DNA of 64,000 nucleotides from a virus. Shown here piece after piece: positions 30,411 to 40,224 of the stretch. How positions within the stretch are numbered: position 1 is the first letter of the stretch; each line of letters begins with the position of its first letter. The notes beneath the pieces are model-generated. The model had not been told where the DNA came from. It worked only from the letters and a program-made list of their open reading frames with translations, and made no database searches. The stretch lies in IMG/VR virus record IMGVR_UViG_3300046170_000505; one strand, written 5' to 3'. Made by a program: the position numbers and the translations under genes.

Positions 30411-32313
30411 TTTGCATTTTATCTTCTCCGTTATGCACGTAATTTAAGATTTTTTGAGTCCCTATATGGGGTAGGTATGCTATACTAAAATACCCTTTAT
30501 GCGAACTTGAGCCTTCTAGCATCAGTAAGCTATCGCAACTTTCGTCGTAAGGTATTAATTTATGAATGTTTACATTGTCTTCTATTAAAGGGTAAAATAT
30601 GGGCTTAGTAATAAAGTATATATCTTTATCGGGGTATAAAGATTTCAAATTATCAATTAAAGAATTTACCATTAATACATCACCAGCGCTACCAGGCATA
30701 ACTATGGCAACTCTATTGTCAGGAGAATCTCCATCTAAATAATCTTCTATAGTTTTCTTGTTGAAAATTTGTTCGTTTTCTTTAGAGGCAACTTCTTTAA
30801 AATAGTTTAATATTTTTTCTCTAGGAAATTTTTCTTTTATTTTCTTCATCCAATGTTTGTGCCCTTTATCAGAAGAAGGATCAACCTTCATATTTAAAAT
30901 ATTTAAATATATATCTGCCAACCAGTCTGAGTCACTTAGATTTTCGTTAGGCTCATAATCTGGGTTTCTTGGTTTTTCTTCAAAATCAAAATCCCAATCA
31001 ATATTGGGCATGTTGTCGAATATAGATTCAAGCTGGCCGCCTATAACTTTTGTTGAGTAGTTTTCTATAACAAATTGCCTAGAAGTTTTTCCTTTTTTTA
31101 TCTTTTTAGAAAGATCCATTTTATAAACTTCTTCAAGTTGTTTTGCTATACTTGATGGCGAAGTACTAGCTTTTATAAATTGAGTTCCTGGCTCTCTGTA
31201 TTCAGACCAAGACAAAGGAAGCCCTCCGCTTTCTTCTGTGCAATGATCTTCTCCGCAACTATAATCTGTAACCAATGTAATTAATTCTGTTAATTTAGCT
31301 TCTTGTATTGGTATTTCCTGGCCGCCAGATGTAAATGGGTGGCAATATACATCCATTAAATTATAAATTTCATTCAATTGTTTTTCAGAAACTCCATGTG
31401 CGGCAGTAATTGTATTTTGAGATTTTTCAGCTTTACAAAATCTACAATCTTGTTCTTGCCCAGAGAAAGGCCTAACATCATAACTCTTGCATTCTTTACA
31501 AAAATAAGTAGTTAGTACTCTTAGGTTGTCTATTTTTTTCTCTTTTATTAGTCTAGGTATATCCCAACCCTCAGCCCAACTAGTATGAAGTAATAACTTA
31601 GCATTAGATTCAGGATTATTTTCGCAAAATTCCTTAAAGCCGTCAAGCAAATTGGGGACGCTTTTCCTTAGTTGATTTCTAAAAACAAACCCTATTATAA
31701 AACTATTAGAGTCAATTCTATACTTTTTTCTTAAAGAATCTTTTTCTTCTTCTTTTAATTTGAAAAAGTGTTTATCATCAACAATACCCCTTAGTGTTTT
31801 GATATGCTTGTGGCCCAATTTATGCATTTCTCTTTCAGCAAAACTTGCCCAGCAGAAATAATTTTTTACATAGTCGGCTGCTTCAATAGCTAAAGGCAGT
31901 ATGGGCTCTGAGTCTAAAGTGGTCCAAACCATGCAGTTTGTTTTATTCCACCACTTTTTATCCCAATACTTATTAAAGCCCCAAATATCTTCTGCACCCA
32001 CATAGACGTCAGGCTGAAATTCTTTAATTAAAGAATCGATTGTTTCTCCACCATAAGACGCAGCCCTAGCTAAGTTTGGGTCTTTATTTAGTTGAGCGAG
32101 TCTTGCCTGACTGTCTGGTAAAGTTCCGACGCACTTCCATGGCATTTTTTTTAAAGCAGGGTTGCTTTTGGTAAACCCATTTGCAGCTTCTATTATTTCG
32201 TATTTACCTGTTTTATATAAATAAGTTAATACGTTTTTACAATTTTTACCAAAACCAGTAAAAGCCTTACTATGATTGCTGTGAAATAATATTTTTTTCT
32301 TTTTACCCATCAA
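30391..32313 (-). CDS. GT-B (GT4-like) glycosyltransferase with Zn-ribbon insert and C-terminal GT9 N-half
   Basis: TGFG, RNQLRK, YNLMDVYCHPFTSGGQEIPIQEA; CKEC...CRFC; C-terminal SAGDVLM...LKSLYPD. Confidence 0.8.
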   Translation of the reverse strand: MMGKKKKILFHSNHSKAFTGFGKNCKNVLTYLYKTGKYEIIEAANGFTKSNPALKKMPWKCVGTLPDSQARLAQLNKDPNLARAASYGGETIDSLIKEFQPDVYVGAEDIWGFNKYWDKKWWNKTNCMVWTTLDSEPILPLAIEAADYVKNYFCWASFAEREMHKLGHKHIKTLRGIVDDKHFFKLKEEEKDSLRKKYRIDSNSFIIGFVFRNQLRKSVPNLLDGFKEFCENNPESNAKLLLHTSWAEGWDIPRLIKEKKIDNLRVLTTYFCKECKSYDVRPFSGQEQDCRFCKAEKSQNTITAAHGVSEKQLNEIYNLMDVYCHPFTSGGQEIPIQEAKLTELITLVTDYSCGEDHCTEESGGLPLSWSEYREPGTQFIKASTSPSSIAKQLEEVYKMDLSKKIKKGKTSRQFVIENYSTKVIGGQLESIFDNMPNIDWDFDFEEKPRNPDYEPNENLSDSDWLADIYLNILNMKVDPSSDKGHKHWMKKIKEKFPREKILNYFKEVASKENEQIFNKKTIEDYLDGDSPDNRVAIVMPGSAGDVLMVNSLIDNLKSLYPDKDIYFITKPIFYPLIEDNVNIHKLIPYDESCDSLLMLEGSSSHKGYFSIAYLPHIGTQKILNYVHNGEDKMQIELYEN

Positions 32314-32840
32314 AAGGTTCAGTGTATTTACTATTTTTATTTATTCTGTGAGAATATAATTTAGCGAGTAGTAATTCTAAAAACCTGATAATACATTCGC
32401 ATTCACCTGGATCTAGGGAAATTTTAAAAGTTTGATTTCCGTTCTTAGTCATTGTCATACCAAAAGCTGGAACTTTTTGTTTGGTAGATTCGTAACCTTT
32501 TGTTTGTGGATTAAACTTTTGGATAGTGACAGGCTTATCCCATGGGGTTAATTTGATTGTAGTTTTATTTTCTTTGCTTTGGTGAAAAGTGTTCCATTCA
32601 TATCTTTCTTTTATACATGATATAATTGCGCCACATTCAAATTCATTGAATTTTACAGATATATTTTTTATCTGGATTTTCAGAATTTTTTTGAAAAGAA
32701 CCGACTCCGTTATTCCAAGAATACTGTGCTATTGCATTAACAAACATAACAGGCTCATTACTTTTCTTGTCTTTGCCTAAGCTAAAAGAAAACCCAAAGC
32801 CTGTGTTATCTTTATTTGGTTTATAAATTTGTATACTCAT
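32310..32840 (-). CDS. Hypothetical protein (frameshifted in this sequence)
   Basis: MSIQIYKPN...NPDK continues in another frame (ISVKFNEFECGAI...) after the T-run at ~32664-32669. The 3' end is approximate. Confidence 0.55.
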
Positions 32841-32841
32841 A

Positions 32842-33229
32842 TTAATCGAATTCTATTTTTACGTTTTTATTTTCGTATGTCTTTTTTACTTGATCTAAAT
32901 GTTTTGCGCCTTTTCTTTCTTTAGAGTAGTTTTCGTAATATTTTTTCCTTAATGGATCTACCCCACCGTTTTCTTTAGCTCTTTGATTTGAAAGTTCAGA
33001 ACTTTTATCAAGCAAGTCTCCTACTGTACCTTTCATTTCGGCAGTTTTATTTACAAAATCATTATTATTCCATGGATCTATGGATCCTTGAGTGTTGAGT
33101 TGTGGAGAAGACAACTCCCTGTTCCATTCTAAACCTTGGTCGTCAATGTATTTCTTTTCATCATCCATGTGAAAGAAAAACCTCTTTTAGTTCTTTTGTT
33201 TTTGGATTGCTAAATATATATATTGGCAT
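32842..33229 (-). CDS. Hypothetical protein with FmdB-like N-terminus (frameshifted)
   Basis: ATG at 33229 (MPIYIFSNPKTKELKEVF) joins MDDEKKY... across a frameshift at ~33175; directly downstream of a consensus promoter. Confidence 0.55.
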
Positions 33230-33237
33230 AATGCAAG

Positions 33238-33266
33238 ATTATACAGTGCGGGGCACAAAATGTCAA
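33238..33266 (-). promoter_or_regulatory. Consensus sigma70 promoter
   Basis: TTGACA-N17-TATAAT on the minus strand; -10 box ends 8 nt before ATG 33229. Confidence 0.85.
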
Positions 33267-33318
33267 TTACTTTTTATCTAAACGACAACAAGATAACTGA
33301 ATTAAATCAAGAAGCGAA

Positions 33319-33561
33319 TCAAAAAAACCAACAAAGAGCTGAAGAAGCAAAGGGTAAAAGAAAAACCCCGCTAGACTTTTGAATTAAAAAGTAGGAATAA
33401 AGAGCAATAATCAATCCACTCCAAAAACCCAAGCAAAGACTACATTTAAAAAGCTCAGATAATATTTTAGAATGAAAAGTTAAAAACTTTCTTGGTGCGT
33501 CTAATATTGACCCATGTTTCAAAATCCACATTAAGCCAATGCAAGATATAGCCTCAATCAT
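33319..33561 (-). CDS. Small membrane protein, DUF1360-like
   Basis: Hydrophobic, with ELFKCSLCLGFWSG; the 3' end may be frameshifted at an A7 run. Confidence 0.5.
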   Translation of the reverse strand: MIEAISCIGLMWILKHGSILDAPRKFLTFHSKILSELFKCSLCLGFWSGLIIALYSYFLIQKSSGVFLLPFASSALCWFF

Positions 33562-33742
33562 CCTCTAAAGATTTTATAGCTTCACTGATTGCCAGTAAAT
33601 TGTCTTTTTCCAAAATTACTTTGTTGTCAAAATCATCTGTTAGTTCATACATACCTTTGTGCTCTTCAGACTTTTTGATTGCAGGACAACGCCCTTTACC
33701 GCAACAAAGTAAAACTGTGTTATTTTCTTTTATAATATTCAT
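33554..33742 (-). CDS. Small Cys-motif hypothetical protein
   Basis: 62 aa, LLCCGKGRCP; overlaps both neighbouring genes. Confidence 0.55.
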   Translation of the reverse strand: MNIIKENNTVLLCCGKGRCPAIKKSEEHKGMYELTDDFDNKVILEKDNLLAISEAIKSLEDD

Positions 33743-34828
33743 GATTGCATTAATTCTAATATTTTATCAATGGTTTTATTGTAATTAAATTGCTTTATTA
33801 ATTCTACGCCTTTTTTATTTTTTTGATTATTCTTTTTTTCAGCTAATTCACAAGCTTCGTAGAATTGCTCATCTGTAAAAGTTGACATTGTTCCTTGGTT
33901 GTAATCCTGACCCTCGGTGAAAAATATTTTATCATATATATCTTCTTGAGCGCTAGGTTCAATAAGTATTGAATTTTCATCGTTAGCCCAATCTTTGTGG
34001 GAGGTTGAGTTTAAAACAACACTCCACTTACCTAAGCAGGTAGAGTTAAAGGCTGGAAGATTCCACCCTTCTGCACCGCTAAGACCGCTTAGGTTTATAT
34101 CTATAGCGTTATAAACCTCATTCATTTCGGTGTTGGTTTTAACAAAAGGTAATAGGTTGATGTTTTTGTACATTTTTACCTTCTAGGGCTTTTAATATCA
34201 AAGAGTTTTTGCTGTTCTTTTTTAAAGAAAGGATTTGTTATGGAACAGGTTAACTGATACTTGTTATTATTTCCATACTTATCAGCCCACAGTTTTAATA
34301 TCCTCGCAGTATGCTTTCTTTTTTCAAATTTTTCCAACTAAGCCAAAGTTAACTTTATCTTCTAAATATACCTTACCTGTTTCGTGAAAATCTTCATCAA
34401 ATCCTATTGGTATATATTCTGAATTGCTACAGCCGTTGTCTGTAAATATTTTCTTAGAATGAGAGCTGCTGAAGATTGTTCTATCTTGATAATTGCAAAG
34501 GTTTTTTTTCAATCAATGTTGGTTTATCGCATTCATAAAAAGTATACAAGAATTGTCGCTTTCCATATCTTATGTCAGAACCATTAATGTGCCACATTCT
34601 TAAAGAAGGAGAGTCGGGAGATAAGTTCTTGTAACGATTTTCGTAGCTACTGTATACCCATTTCTTAAAATCATCTTCAGCTTTATCGAAGGCTGAAAAA
34701 TCTAAGTTATTGCCTATTGGAAAATAACAAACTTCAATCTCTTTTCTGTAAAGATATTTTAAAAAATTATAAGATACATTCCCAAAGCTCAAGGGATTTA
34801 TTGGACCATTGTAGTTGATTTTATTCAT
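33739..34828 (-). CDS. GT-B (GT4-like) glycosyltransferase, split by several frameshifts
   Basis: Starts MNKINYNGPINPLSFGNVS at 34828; fragments include YIPIGFDEDF, FGLVGK and SGAEGWNLPAF; breaks near 34500, 34325 and 34170-34200. Confidence 0.75.
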
Positions 34829-35212
34829 TAAAATGGCATTTCTTCTTCGTTTACGATTTCTTTTACGCTTTGCGCTGGTTCTGGCTCTTTTGGGGAGGAG
34901 TCGGGTTGTTTTTTTATCTTTTTGGAGGAACCTAACAAGGTCTGCGTTTATATAATATTTTTGTCTTTTGTTGCCACTTTTATCTTCCCATTTACTTATT
35001 TTTATTTTTCCTTCAATATATACTTGTGAACCTTTTTTTATAAACTTCTGGCAATTTTCAGCTGTTTTTCCCCACGATTCTACGTCAAGAAAAATGACTT
35101 CATCCTTGGTTGAGTTTATAGCTATTGAGAATCCACATTTAAAATATTCTCCTAATTTTTTGCTTTCTGGATCTTTTGTAAGATTACCTATTCCTATAAA
35201 TTTATTTATCAT
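34828..35212 (-). CDS. ssb: Single-stranded DNA-binding protein
   Basis: MINKFIGIGNLTKDPE, WGKTAE, KGSQVYIEG; acidic EEEMPF-stop tail in a shifted frame ending at 34828 (TAATG overlap with the next gene). Confidence 0.9.
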
Positions 35213-35844
35213 ATATCTGCTGTTAACTCCTTTTTGATTTTGTCTATTGTCTTATCGTGAATGTTTATACATCCTTGAATGCTTAATTGTAATTCTTCAC
35301 CTATCTTTTTCCACGGTGTCACTTTGTTTGTATCTGAGTCTTTATACCTCATCTTGAAAATTTTTGATATCCTTGAGTCGGGATCCTTCTCTATCATTTT
35401 AAAAATTATGTCAAGGAAATCTCTTTTTGAGTGTTCTTGATTTACGTCTTTGTCTTCAGGAATTTGCTTTGCGCTAGTGTCAGTTAAGTCAATATCAGTA
35501 ACTTTCCTTTTTTTTATCTCTGTTGAATAAATTCAAACACATCCACCTGGTTTCGTTCCCTAAATAAGTTGAAAATTTAGTATTTTTTTGTATCGTCATA
35601 TTTAAGTGCGGCTTGATAAATATAATAGCACTTATCATCTATGAGTTCGTTTTTTGTGAGACTTGTACGGAGAAACTAAAGGTGGGGTATAGTTGTTTAC
35701 CATGCTTAAAAATATTCCGCTATGCCTAGACACCAACTCAGAAAGACATTCGCCTGAATTTCCCTGCTCCTTTATTCCATTTATTAGATCTTTATCTGAC
35801 ATCTCAGATAAAACTTCTCCTAGAAAATGATTAACTTGATTCAT
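35209..35844 (-). CDS. Phage sigma70-family-like factor (frameshifted)
   Basis: Joined fragments give ELVSRHSGIF...IYQAALKYDD...KFSTYLGNETRW (region-2-like) and IFKMRY...TPWKKIGEELQLSIQG (region-4-like HTH). Confidence 0.7.
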
Positions 35845-35997
35845 GTATTATTTGTTGAAAAGAAACTATGTTAACATAATATCATAAGTAATGTCAACAT
35901 TATTTTTTAAGATTAACGTTAGACAATAATGTAAGAATACGTAAAGAATATCCTCAAACCAGTTTGAGGAATATAATTATACATAAATAAATCTAGT

Positions 35998-36794
35998 ATG
36001 TCAAGTAAAAAAATTAAAGTAAGCATTTTTTGCTCAATATTTAAAGGTGGCAAATACATAGACCACTACCTGAGAGACATAACGAATCAAACTATTTTTG
36101 ATGAATGCGAGTTGATATTGATCGACGCAAACTCACCAGACCAAGAATTTAAGGTAATAAAAAATTACCAAGATAAATACTCAAATATTAAATATTTGAG
36201 ACTAGATAGCGATCCAGGTCTGTATGCATGTTGGAATATAGCTATACAGCAATCTTCTGCAGAAATTCTGAATAACGCAAATCTAGATGATTCAAAAAGA
36301 AAAGACGCTTTAGAAATTCAACACTCATATCTTGATCAAAACAAAGATATTGATTTAGTTTACGCAGATAGTCTTATAACAAACTCTATTAATTGCGGTT
36401 ACGATGTAGCCTTAAAAGAAAGCGCTTTCAGATACAACTTCCCTGATTTCTCAATGGCAAATATAATAGACTGCAACCCTCCACACCAATCCCCTGTTTA
36501 CAGGAAATCCTTACATGATAAATTCGGTTTTTTTTAATGAGTCTTACAAGTCGGCTGCAGACAATGAATTTTGGCTAAGGTGCGGCGCTAATGGAGCAAA
36601 AATGAAAAAGATAGACGATATTCTTGGAGTTTTATTATGATAACCCCACAGGGGTTTCAACTGATCCAAATAACCATTCCTGGAAAATGATCGAAGAAAA
36701 AGAGGTTAGAGATAAATACAAAGAATATGGAACCACTCATACAGGTAATGCAAGAAGAATAATAAGAAATATAAACAGCATGATAAATGTCTAA
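35998..36794 (+). CDS. GT2 glycosyltransferase (frameshifted)
   Basis: VSIFCS, ELILIDANSPD, GLYACWN, NANLDD; continues ...KSAADNEFWLR after the T-run at ~36528-36535. Confidence 0.8.
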
Positions 36795-37464
36795 AAAAAT
36801 AATATCATTTTCGCTTTGGGGCGATAACCCAAAGTATTGCGTAGGAGCTATAAAAAACGCAGAACTCAGAAAAAAAATATATCCTGACTGGATTTGTAGA
36901 TTTTATGTCCATAAAGATGTTCCTGAAAAATACATAAATAAATTAAAATCTTTTAATAATACAGAAATTTTAATTGAGAATAGAGAGGCTGATTGGACTG
37001 GAATGTTTTGGAGGTTCGAAGCGATTTCTGATGACGATGTTTCGGTGATGATTTCTAGAGACTGTGACAGTAGATTGAATTTGAGAGAATCGGAAGCTGT
37101 GCAGGAATTTATTAATAGCGACAAACTTTTTCATATTATGAGGGATCACCCTTGGCATAAGTTTAATGTTTTAGGGGGGATGTTTGGAATTAAAAAAGGT
37201 TTGTTAGATAACATGAAAGATTTATGTGCAAGTTTTTCCAAAACCAATAATTATGGAACTGATTATAAATTCTTCGATTCGATCATTAATCAAATACCAA
37301 CGGAAACTTTAATGCTTCATGATCCTTTTTTCTCTGGAGTTGATTTCCCAAGCGAAAGAAAACAAAATCAATTCGTCGGGCAGGTTTTTGATGAGAATGA
37401 TATCTGTGACCAATCTCATCTTGATGCGCTAAACATGCTATCCAATACAAATGTATTAAAATGA
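36787..37464 (+). CDS. GT-A-like hypothetical protein
   Basis: ISFSLWG, MFWRF, SRDCD (DxD), HIMRDHP; located in a glycosyltransferase cluster. Confidence 0.55.
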   Translation: MSKKIISFSLWGDNPKYCVGAIKNAELRKKIYPDWICRFYVHKDVPEKYINKLKSFNNTEILIENREADWTGMFWRFEAISDDDVSVMISRDCDSRLNLRESEAVQEFINSDKLFHIMRDHPWHKFNVLGGMFGIKKGLLDNMKDLCASFSKTNNYGTDYKFFDSIINQIPTETLMLHDPFFSGVDFPSERKQNQFVGQVFDENDICDQSHLDALNMLSNTNVLK

Positions 37465-38097
37465 ACCTCTCTCTATGCATCACGTGTTGCGACTTAGACT
37501 TTCATTTGCTTGATGGATTATTAAATGAATTCCAAAAGCAAACAATATCACCAGACGAAATTATAATATCCTCAAGCGGTGTTAAGGATCAATTTTTAGA
37601 AAGATACCAAAATTTTAAAATTTGCGGCAATGATGTTTCAATAAAAATCACAAATCAAGAAGAAAGGTGGATGCAGTCATCTGCCAGAAATGCAGGAGCA
37701 TTAATGAGTGATGCGGAGTATATTATGTTTTTTTGATGTTGACGACATTCCTCACCCTCAAAAAATTGAATTTTGTAAGCATTACATCCAAGATTACGAT
37801 TTCTTGCTTCATAATTACCAAACTAATAACTCAAAATTCCAAACGCTTAAATCTTTAAATATTGACACATATCATAATTTTAGCATAAATCATACTTGTA
37901 CAAATTTACTTATAGATAAGAACCTACCCATTCATCATGCGCATATAACGATAAAAACAGAAATATTTAAAACATTAAAATTTAATGAATCTAAATTTTA
38001 TTACAGAAAAGAAGATGGTAAATTTTGTCAAGATTTAGTATCTAATAGATACAAGGGCATTTTCCTTAATGCGCCACTTGTGCTTTACACTCAATAA
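37461..38097 (+). CDS. GT2 glycosyltransferase (frameshifted)
   Basis: PDEIII, SARNAG, FFDVDD and EDGKF; break at the T7 run at ~37728-37734. Confidence 0.75.
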
Positions 38098-39050
38098 TGA
38101 TTTTTTTTAATATAGATTGTCATATTTCTGTTATAGCGGATATTAAAAACATTTTTGAGAGCTTAGGGCATAAAGTGCAGAGCTGGTGCTTATCTGGCCA
38201 CAGATGGGTATTTAACTTACCTGAATGCAAATCCCCTATCATTAATTCATCTAACTGGAAGAGTCTAGATGAAAAAATGGCGGAAGACTTTTACGACGCC
38301 CATAAAAATGAGCTAGATAAATATGATGCTTTCATCTGTGCCTACCCTCCTTGCTTCCTGAAACTGTTCGAAAAATTTAACAAACCAATCATTGTTATCG
38401 CAGCTACCAGATATGATCACCCATACACAAATGATCCATCAAGATTAATCTGGTTAGAAGATTCGCTCATAAATAATAAAAACATAATTAAAATTGCAAA
38501 TAATCAATTTGATCAAAAGTATTGCGAGCACTTTATAGGTAATAAGTGGGAATGGATCCCTAGCCTATGTGATTATACAAATGCAAGATATAAAGCAACA
38601 TCAGACAAATCAGTCCTGTTTAGCAAGCTTGATACCCAAATAGATAAAAAAATAGTACATCAAAATGAATTAGGCAGGTATACTTGGAGTCATTTATATT
38701 CGTACAATAGTATAGCGCATCTTCCTTACAATGTATCCACGATGTCAATATTCGAGCAGTATCAAGCTGGCATTCCATTAAATTTTCCATCGTTAGATTT
38801 TGCCCTAAGCTTGGTTGCATCGGGAGTCAATTTGTTTTCTGAAATTGTTTTTCCTAATAATTTACCAGATAGGCAAGCTACAAACTTTTTAAAAAAAGAA
38901 TGGCTGTCTTATGCAGATTTTTATAATGAAACCATTAAATGTAATTATTTTGAATCTGATTTTAATTTTTTAAATCAGGTAATACCGAAATCAAATAAAG
39001 AAATTGTTCTAGAAAAATGGAAAAAATTACTTCATAATATAACACAATGA
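38097..39050 (+). CDS. Hypothetical protein, possible GT-B glycosyltransferase
   Basis: 317 aa; HLPYNVSTMSIFEQYQAGIP resembles a GT-B C-terminal motif; cluster context. Confidence 0.45.
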   Translation: MIFFNIDCHISVIADIKNIFESLGHKVQSWCLSGHRWVFNLPECKSPIINSSNWKSLDEKMAEDFYDAHKNELDKYDAFICAYPPCFLKLFEKFNKPIIVIAATRYDHPYTNDPSRLIWLEDSLINNKNIIKIANNQFDQKYCEHFIGNKWEWIPSLCDYTNARYKATSDKSVLFSKLDTQIDKKIVHQNELGRYTWSHLYSYNSIAHLPYNVSTMSIFEQYQAGIPLNFPSLDFALSLVASGVNLFSEIVFPNNLPDRQATNFLKKEWLSYADFYNETIKCNYFESDFNFLNQVIPKSNKEIVLEKWKKLLHNITQ

Positions 39051-40091
39051 AAAAAATTATAATAACAGGGGTTACAGGTCAAGACGGGAGTCATATGGTA
39101 GATTATTTACTGCAACTACTTAGCGAAAACAAATTTATGATATACGGAACTGCGCGCAGGCTTAGCGTTAAAAACCATGACAATATCTTGCATTTAGAAA
39201 ATGAGCCTAGGTTCAAGCTGCTTAATATGGACTTAAATGACGCCCATAGCATCAGAGATGTTATCATTGATATACAACCAGATTATTTTATAAATTTTGG
39301 AGCACAATCTTTTGTCGCTGGCAGTTGGAATTATCCAATTCAAACTTGGAACACAGATGCTGATGCAGTTCTTCATATCCTTGAATCAATAAGGAGATTT
39401 GCCCCCCTATGCCGTTTTTACAACGCAGGTTCTTCTGAAGAATTTGGAGATGTAATTTCCACACCTCAAAGTGAATCTCACCCACTTAGACCCCAATCCC
39501 CTTATGGAGCCGCAAAATGCGCAGCAAGACATATTGTCAGAGTTTACAGAGAATCTTATAATCTTTACGCCATACAAGGCTGGTTATTCAATCATGAAGG
39601 GCCAAGAAGGGGTTTAGACTTTGTGACCAGAAAAATTAGCCACGGGATAGCTAGAATAAAATACTGTATAGAAAAAAACAAAAGTTTTGAGCCAATTAGA
39701 CTTGGGAATCTAGATGCAAAAAGAGATTGGTCTGACGCAGAAGATGTTATAAAATCTGTTTGGTTAATGTTAAACCAAGACAAACCTGTAGAATACGTCA
39801 TAGGTTCTGGAAAAATGAATTCAGTTAGAAATTTTATAGAAACATGTTTAGCTTGCGCTAACATTGATTTTACAAGAGAAGGAGAATTTGAGAACGAAAA
39901 ATATTTTTACAAAAAAAAATCCAATTATTGTAATAGACTCAAATTTTTATAGGCCAGCAGAAGTCCATAAACTTTGTGCCGACTACTCTTTAGCCAAAAA
40001 AAATCTCAACTGGAAGCCTAGCGTTACTTTTGATAGACTTGTAGAAAAAATGTATCACAATGATTATGAGCTATTTAAATCGAAATTGTAA
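39047..40091 (+). CDS. gmd: GDP-mannose 4,6-dehydratase (frameshift at A9 run ~39911)
   Basis: ITGVTGQDGS, AQSFV, SSEEFG, PQSPYGAAK, FNHEGPRRG, FVTRKI, LGNLDAKRDW; YRPAEV in the next frame. Confidence 0.95.
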
Positions 40092-40210
40092 ATCCGTTTA
40101 TTAATTGTTAATAACTTTTAAGAAGTTTAGCGTTGCCATACACTAACTCTTTTGTTATTATCACAAAATCAAAGTTATTGTTTAATTTTAAGGAATACAC
40201 CTTAACCCCC

Positions 40211-40215
40211 GTGTA
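40211..40215 (+). promoter_or_regulatory. GTGTA upstream motif (nrdA)
   Basis: 9 nt before ATG 40225. Confidence 0.6.
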
Positions 40216-40224
40216 AATTAGTCC

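Noticed and set aside
34481-35212. SSB-glycosyltransferase fusion shown in the ORF track
   Set aside because: A typical SSB tail (EEEMPF-stop) exists in another frame and overlaps the GT ATG at 34828; the fusion is produced by a frameshift.
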